Source: Dictyostelium discoideum
Taxonomy: Eukaryota
Direction of reading: 5' to 3'
DNA: 64,000 nucleotides
NCBI GenBank assembly: GCA_000004695.1
Contig: CM000151.3
Location: forward strand, 6,304,001-6,368,000
In this document: one piece after another, positions 56,132-64,000 of the stretch
Numbering within the stretch: position 1 is the stretch's first letter
Layout: each line of letters begins with the position of its first letter
The notes under the pieces: generated by a model
Told to the model about the DNA's origin: nothing
The model's input: the letters and a program-made list of their open reading frames with translations, nothing else
Databases searched by the model: none
Translations under genes and position numbers: made by a program

Positions 56132-56210
56132 AATTCAAAAATTTGTATAAAAATAAACTCCAAAAAAAATTAAAAATTAAAAATTAAAAAAAAAAAAATA
56201 AAATTAATTC

Positions 56211-56246
<36 letters not shown>

Positions 56247-56341
56247 GAACGAATGAACGTTTAACTGAATTTTTTTTTTTTTTTTTTCATTATTCATTTT
56301 CATTACCCATTCATACACATAAATATATTTACTTATAAATA

Positions 56342-58780
<2,439 letters not shown>

Positions 58781-59099
58781 AACAAAAACAAAATAAAAAA
58801 AAAAACAAAATAAAAACAAAACAAAATAAATAAAAATAAATATATAAATTTAATTTTTGTATTTTAAAATGTAATTGTTTGTGGAAAGTGTTTTTTTTTA
58901 CTTATTATATCTCAGTTTTCAAATTGTGTTTTATTCGAAATCTTTTGTATTATTTTAAGCTCCCTGTCCAAAAAAACTTTTAAAATTTTTTTTTTTTTTT
59001 ACCTGTGATCAGACCTTCAAGGAATGTCCTTGTGTCTTTTCGGCGGTGTTTGTTAAACGATTTTATTTTTATTATTCAATTGTATTAAATTTTTTAAAC

Positions 59100-59106
<7 letters not shown>

Positions 59107-59147
<41 letters not shown>

Positions 59148-60450
59148 ACTACTTAAATTGGAAGAGGGTTCGGAACTGCTGGGGTTTGCCAGGCTTTGTT
59201 GAATTTGTATTTGTGAAGATCTTGATTGGTGTTTTTTAGACATATCAAAATACAACAGAACTGAGAGAATCTTCCCCAATCTCATAGGAATAATAGCACA
59301 CCAATTATGGAAGATAATCTGTCACAAATTGTTCAACACTGATGAAAGCAAACCAGAGCCAAAATTCGAACAAAAGGTCATAGAAACAGAATTACTAAAT
59401 CTCATAAAAAAAAAATTATAAAAAAACACCAATCAAGATCTTCACAAATACAAATTCAAAGCCTGGCAAACCCCAGCAGTTCCGAACCCTTGGTATCCAT
59501 TGACCATCTGTGGATTTTGATGAATGATAATTTGTTAACTGTTGATATGATGGTTTTTTCAATATCTAGGATATCTTGGCATAGAGTGAAGAGGTGAGAA
59601 TAAGGGTCTCTGAATAGATGGCCACAGATCTTGCATCTGGTGTCTCTTTCGTGGTTGATACCTGGAAGTGATCTTGAGAAGAATCTGAAGAGGGTGTTTC
59701 TACCTTTTTGGTGAGAAATGCTGTTGATGTTTATGAATACTTTGGGTATTGCTGTGTTGTATCTCACCGCCCATAACTTCTGCCATTCTGTTCTTCTTGG
59801 TGTTGGGTGTCTGTCTTTGATCATGAGTTCGTAGATTTCTTTCAGTTTTAGTGGTTCGTCATTGTCGTTTCTTATACAGTCTGGAAGTTCATTTATCTTT
59901 GGATGGTTTTGGTAAAATTTGACTCTGAATACACCCCAGTGTCTGCACATATCGTTGAGGGTTGAAGTGTGGGCTTTTTTTCTACTTAATTGCTCCATGT
60001 ACCATTCTTGTAAAGTATTGTTGTTGTTGTTGTAGTTGTTATGGAGTAGCCTGTTCATGTACCAGATTTTGAATGCTATATGTCTTAGTTCTATATCCCA
60101 TAATTTTATGCCTCCTTCTTTCCAATCTGCATATGCTCTGTCTATTTTCATCATAGTTTTGTATTTTCTCTCTTCTGTATATGTATTCTTAACTGAGGAG
60201 AATAAGAACCATCTGGTCATGTTATTGATTTCCTCAATTTGTTCTTCATTTAGATTATCCATGTATTGATGGTATGTTAATTTGGATAGAACGTATGTTT
60301 TGAGAATTGTCATCTTTGCCTTCATCGTTATTGCTTGTGATTTCCATTTGATAAGATTGTTTTTCATTTCTTGGATTAAAGTGTTGTATTTTGAATTTAA
60401 ACCTGTTTTGGTGAAATTGAGGCCAAGATATAAAAAACTTTTAAAATAAT
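59107..60450 (-). mobile_element. 5'-truncated non-LTR retrotransposon fragment (TRE-family, probably TRE3-type given its position downstream of a tRNA gene). It retains the ORF2 C-terminus, the 3' UTR and poly(A)
   Basis: The minus-strand ORF 60447..59456 is '...LGLNFTKTGLNSKYNTLIQEMKNNLIKWKS...CKICGHLFRDPYSHLFTLC...GSELLGFARL*' (RT-distal region with a Cys/His knuckle). Its 5' end is cut by in-frame stops about 70 bp from the tRNA 3' end. A poly(A) tail (seen as T36 on the plus strand, 59110..59146) ends the element. The 3' region contains a 70-bp perfect inverted repeat. Confidence 0.55.
59161..59481. repeat. Roughly 70-bp near-perfect inverted repeat (arms 59161..59230 and 59412..59481) separated by about 180 bp
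   Basis: Plus-strand 59161-59230 is 'ggaagagggttcggaactgctggggtttgccaggctttgttgaatttgtatttgtgaagatcttgattggtgtttttt'. Plus-strand 59412-59481 is 'aaaaaaacaccaatcaagatcttcacaaatacaaattcaaagcctggcaaaccccagcagttccgaaccc'. This is its reverse complement apart from a 3-nt indel. Confidence 0.8.
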
Positions 60451-60518
60451 ATAAAACAATTTAAAAAACTGATTCGAGTATTTCCGGAACTTCGGATTTT
60501 GATATAAATACTAAAAAG

Positions 60519-60591
60519 TGGTTCTACTGAGACTCGAACTCAGATTACAGGATTCAAAGTCCTGGGTGCTAACCAATTACACTATAAAACC
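60519..60591 (-). tRNA. tRNA-Gln (anticodon UUG)
   Basis: The minus-strand sequence is 'GGTTTTATAGTGTAATTGGTTAGCACCCAGGACTTTGAATCCTGTAATCTGAGTTCGAGTCTCAGTAGAACCA'. It folds as a 7-bp acceptor stem (GGTTTTA/TAGAACC), a D-arm, an anticodon arm CCAGG-A-CTTTGAA-TCCTGT with TTG in the loop, and a T-arm GAGTTCGAGTCTC. It is 73 nt long. Confidence 0.85.
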
Positions 60592-60636
60592 TTATGATTT
60601 TCAATATTTTAAAAATAAGACATCGTTTAATTTTCA

Positions 60637-60898
60637 CAAAAAAACAAACAACAACAACAATCTCTTTTTTTGATTATTTCATTTTTCATATAAAAAAGAC
60701 TTAAAAAACAAATAAATAAATAAATAAACTATTTTAAAAAGCCATCTTTTTACTTTATTGTAATTTATTATTTGTTTCGTTTTGAGAATTTTGCGTAGCA
60801 AAATTTTCAAAAAAAAAGCAAAAAATAATCAGATCGAAAAAAACAAACAACAACAACAATCTCTTTTTTTGATTATTTCATTTTTCATATAAAAAAGA

Positions 60899-60978
<80 letters not shown>

Positions 60979-62684
60979 GGAACCAAGTTAATTAGAAAAT
61001 TTCCAGATTTTTAACTTTTTAAAGAAAAATAAAAAAGATAGAAAGAAAATAAAATGAAAATCACAAACAACACCACAAATATTAAGCAACACAAATGCCT
61101 ACAAAAAATAAGCGAAATTGTGGATAAAACTCAATTAAAAAAAAAACAATTCAAATACGTCATAAACATCAATCACGAACCAGACGATAAAATAAAAAAA
61201 GATTTAGAAAAAAGTTTGGACAAAAAAGATGTTTTAATCAAAAGTAATAATACATTCAAAATTCTCACAGACAGTATTAGTACAGTAATCTATTTTGTAA
61301 ATATGTTTGATGCAGAATTAAAAGGACAATTTATAACCACTATAAGACCAAAAAATATGTATACAGATTTTGATTGGTATAAATCACTCACAGAAATAGA
61401 ATGGGTAATAGAAAATGAAGGATGTAAACTAATTAAATCAGAAATTAAAGGCGAAACTCTAATTATCAAAACAGTGAAAAGAGTCGTAGAAGAATTTGAC
61501 ACTATCATTGAACTAGACAATCTAACATTAATTGGACACTCCAACAAAGGATGGAGAGATCAAACCTCATTACCAGAAAATCAAGAAGAAAACAAAAATA
61601 AAAAACAATCAGATGAACAACAACCACAATCTACATCAGAACAAATACCAAAACAAGGAAAAAGAACAATCATTATCCCACCAATCACATCCTCATCTAA
61701 TGATAAAACATTTATGGCCCTAGATGATACAGCTCAAAAGGTAATAGAAGCATCACTAGAAAACGTAGATGAACTAACAAGAATAGAGAATGAGATCAAT
61801 ACACAATCGATAAACAATCAAGAAATTAAAACAAAATCAGAAAAACCTATCGAACCACCATCTCCATACAATACACCAATAAAACAACACGGCGAAACAA
61901 AGGGACTAACAACGGAAGAAAAACTTAGAGAGGCAAATGATATCTTCGACTTCACCAGCCCAAACACTGATGCAATAAGAAAAATAGAATTCCCACTTTC
62001 AATCCCTTCAAATCAATGGTTCTTCTCCTCTCCAATAAAACATATCATGAGTTTCAGCCCAACCTATGGTACACCATCGAAAATTATCGATTCACCAAGT
62101 AAATTGTTAAACACACCAAAAAAGAAACAACAAGACAAAACAAACAAGACCAACAAAACACCAGTCAAACCAAAATTGGGTGAATATGGACAAAAAAGCA
62201 TAAAAACAAAAATGGATGAAGATATAGACAACTTCAACAAGGAAATTCTAAAACAAATCAATAAATCAAAAAACCCCACAAACACACAAGACCAACAACA
62301 CAACGAACAAAGTAAAGATCAGTTAGAAGACAAAATAAACCAGAAACTTCAAAAGGTAGATAAAAATCTACCCCAAATAAAACTATAAAGAAAAACACAA
62401 TAAGAATAGGTGTTTGGAACGTCCAAGGATCCAACACCATCCAATCTGCCAGCATAATAAACACCGTTTTAGACAACAACAAGCTGGACGCAGCACTTCT
62501 AACTGAAACAAATATAAAAACAAATAAAATTTACTCAATAAATCAACAATATAAAAACAAAATAACACACCACGCACCAATTGATAAAACAGGACAAGGG
62601 GTGTCACAAATCATCATCAACACCCGCAATAGAACTTCCTAAACATCTCAAAAAATACAATAATTCACTCAGTACTTTCTATAA

Positions 62685-62742
<58 letters not shown>

Positions 62743-63061
62743 CAAGTTAATCAGAAAAATAAAAAAGATAGAAAGAAAATAAAATGAAAATCACAAACAA
62801 CACCACAAATATTAAGCAACACAAATGCCTACAAAAAATAAGCGAAATTGTGGATAAAACTCAATTAAAAAAAAAACAATTCAAATACGTCATAAACTTC
62901 AATCACGAACCAGACGATAAAATAAAAAAAGATTTAGAAAAAAGTTTGGACAAAAAAGATGTTTTAATCAAAAAGACCCTGTAAAAAAAAAAAAAAAATA
63001 AAATGAGATCTAGCATCTCAAGGAGAAGCAAATAATAATTGCGTTATCCAATTCAAAAAAA
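60637..63061 (+). mobile_element. Composite tRNA-gene-targeted non-LTR retroelement of the TRE5 type. It has 5' repeat modules, an intact ORF1, ORF2 truncated after the AP-endonuclease N-terminus, internal poly(A) tracts and a partial second copy. It is bounded by a 15-bp target-site duplication
   Basis: The element starts about 45 bp upstream of the tRNA-Gln 5' end, the classic TRE5 position. Two copies of a 72-bp module sit at 60640-60712 and 60838-60912. Poly(A) runs at 60905..60973 and 62688..62740. A 5' leader 'ccaagttaat..agaaaaataaaaaagatagaaagaaaataaaATG' recurs at 60974 and 62741. ORF2 begins 'IRIGVWNVQGSN' (APE-like) and is then truncated. The direct repeat 'atcgtttaattttca' at 60622-60636 and 63062-63076 flanks the whole block. 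Confidence 0.6.
61054..62388 (+). CDS. TRE5-like ORF1 protein (444 aa)
   Basis: An intact ORF sits directly after the repeated 5' leader. Its first 66 codons are duplicated almost identically at 62784..62984 (VININHEPDD versus VINFNHEPDD). It has the K/E/N/Q-rich ORF1 character typical of TRE elements. Confidence 0.55.
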   Translation: MKITNNTTNIKQHKCLQKISEIVDKTQLKKKQFKYVININHEPDDKIKKDLEKSLDKKDVLIKSNNTFKILTDSISTVIYFVNMFDAELKGQFITTIRPKNMYTDFDWYKSLTEIEWVIENEGCKLIKSEIKGETLIIKTVKRVVEEFDTIIELDNLTLIGHSNKGWRDQTSLPENQEENKNKKQSDEQQPQSTSEQIPKQGKRTIIIPPITSSSNDKTFMALDDTAQKVIEASLENVDELTRIENEINTQSINNQEIKTKSEKPIEPPSPYNTPIKQHGETKGLTTEEKLREANDIFDFTSPNTDAIRKIEFPLSIPSNQWFFSSPIKHIMSFSPTYGTPSKIIDSPSKLLNTPKKKQQDKTNKTNKTPVKPKLGEYGQKSIKTKMDEDIDNFNKEILKQINKSKNPTNTQDQQHNEQSKDQLEDKINQKLQKVDKNLPQIKL

Positions 63062-63654
63062 AAAAAATCGTTTAATTTTCAAATTTTTTAAAATAAATTT
63101 ATAGAATTGATTGGAATTATTTGAATATGCAGAAGTAAAATTTAAAAGAGACTTCAATCTTAGACCCAAATAAAAGGTTGTACAATATATCTATTGTACT
63201 TTTTTCATGATGATATTTAATAGTTAAACCGGTTTATATATTAAGTATTAAGAAATTTTTTTTTTATTTATTTTTTTATTTTTTTTGGGTTGAATAAAAA
63301 TAAAAGTTCTTTTGGTAATTAAAAAGGTTATTAATAGTCTTAATTATTGAATTTTTTAATGTTGGGCAAATTTTAAATATTTTACAAAAAAAAAAAATTT
63401 AAAATATTTTTTTTTTTTTTTTAAAAAACTTTTCTTTGATTTGTTAAATTATTAGAAATTTTTTGATTTGTTTGATAATATTTTTTTTTTTTTTTTTTTT
63501 AAAAAATAGATATTTTAACAAATCAAAAAAAATCTCGCAAAAGAAGCCCAAATTTTAAAGATAAAAAAAAAAAAAAAAAATTTATTTTTAAAATTTTTTT
63601 TTTTTTTTTTATTTTGTAAAAAATTCTAAAAATAAATAGAAATATATAAATAGA

Positions 63655-64000
63655 ATGAAAATTCAATTAATTTTAATTCTTTGTTTATTTTATTTTATAA
63701 AATTAAATAATTCACAAGCCACTATTTTTGATACATACACATGGACAGGTGATGTTGGTAATTATTCGATTGTACTAACTGGTACGGGTTTTTCAACAGA
63801 GGATAATTTTGTGAATGTTAACGGTATAGCTTCAATTTGTTCAAGACCAACAATTGTTGGTACATATCAAAGACTTGTTTGTCCTCCATCAACAATCAAT
63901 ACAAATGTAGTAGAAGGAGGAGATTTAGTAGTTTTTATGAGAACTTATATTGGTGGTCCAAATTCGAATACTCAAAATTGGAAATTATTTAAAAAAATAA
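63655..64000 (+). CDS. Secreted protein, 5' part only (runs off the window end). Signal peptide plus an IPT/TIG-like segment
   Basis: The ATG at 63655 opens 'MKIQLILILCLFYFIKLNNSQATIFDTYTWTGDVGNYSIVLTGTGFSTEDNFVNVNG...'. This is a hydrophobic signal peptide followed by a 'LTGTGF' motif typical of IPT/TIG domains. There is no stop before 64000. Confidence 0.35.
   Translation, partial: MKIQLILILCLFYFIKLNNSQATIFDTYTWTGDVGNYSIVLTGTGFSTEDNFVNVNGIASICSRPTIVGTYQRLVCPPSTINTNVVEGGDLVVFMRTYIGGPNSNTQNWKLFKKI

Noticed and set aside
59086-60453. A target-site duplication for the TRE3-like fragment ('ttttaaa..tat' at both ends)
   Set aside because: The match is short and degenerate in extremely AT-rich DNA and is not distinguishable from chance.
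60640-60912. Assigning the duplicated 72-bp unit definitively as the TRE5 'A-module' (promoter) versus a 3' 'C-module'
   Set aside because: The module consensus sequences cannot be recalled reliably from memory. Its position at the 5' side of ORF1 favours a 5' module, but it is immediately followed by a poly(A) run. The assignment is left open and should be resolved by alignment to TRE5-A consensus.

Overview
The window is eukaryotic nuclear DNA with the hallmarks of Dictyostelium discoideum. It is about 75-80% A+T, with long poly(A)/poly(T) intergenic tracts, (AAT)n-encoded poly-Asn and (CAA)n poly-Gln runs inside genes, and short AT-rich introns with GTAAGT/GTATGT donors and AG acceptors. 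It is gene dense, and I can support about 20 protein-coding genes. The exon models below were built by hand from conserved motifs and frame continuity across GT..AG boundaries.

Genes called from recognisable motifs:
- a fimbrin-like CH-domain protein (3' part)
- a PRMT1-type arginine methyltransferase (3 exons)
- the WASH-complex subunit FAM21 (4 exons, about 1478 aa)
- a class-II cyclic-nucleotide phosphodiesterase of the GbpA/GbpB type
- NSF (2 exons, 738 aa)
- cohesin SMC3 (4 exons)
- a GH15 glucoamylase-like protein (5 exons)
- a zf-HIT/BCD1 box C/D snoRNP assembly factor (4 exons)
- a monoglyceride-lipase-like alpha/beta hydrolase (2 exons)
- the H/ACA snoRNP assembly factor NAF1
- a SAP-motif prion-like Asn-rich protein
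- one uncharacterised 2-exon gene

Accessory or unusual content:
- A tandem array of three paralogous genes (24.3-31.3 kb) for transmembrane proteins whose P-loop domain carries GBP/atlastin-type motifs. The third copy is frameshifted and a further relic fragment lies between copies 1 and 2.
- Two tandem paralogous genes (41.3-51.1 kb, minus strand) for large proteins with a CLU (clustered-mitochondria) central domain and an LRR-like C-terminus.
- A tRNA-Gln(UUG) gene at 60.5 kb flanked in the classic Dictyostelium manner by non-LTR retroelements. A TRE5-like composite element (ORF1 intact, ORF2 truncated, internal poly(A) tracts, 15-bp target-site duplication) starts about 45 bp upstream of the tRNA. 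A 5'-truncated TRE3-like ORF2 fragment lies downstream and carries a roughly 70-bp perfect inverted repeat in its 3' end.
- A candidate tiny 2-exon CAAX-box ORF in an otherwise empty 3.8-kb desert.
- A cluster of GT-rich G-box-like elements in the 2.2-kb divergent intergenic region between the PDE and NSF genes.

Many ORFs in the supplied track are antisense artefacts of codon-repeat low-complexity regions. The track also appears to use GTG/TTG as start codons.
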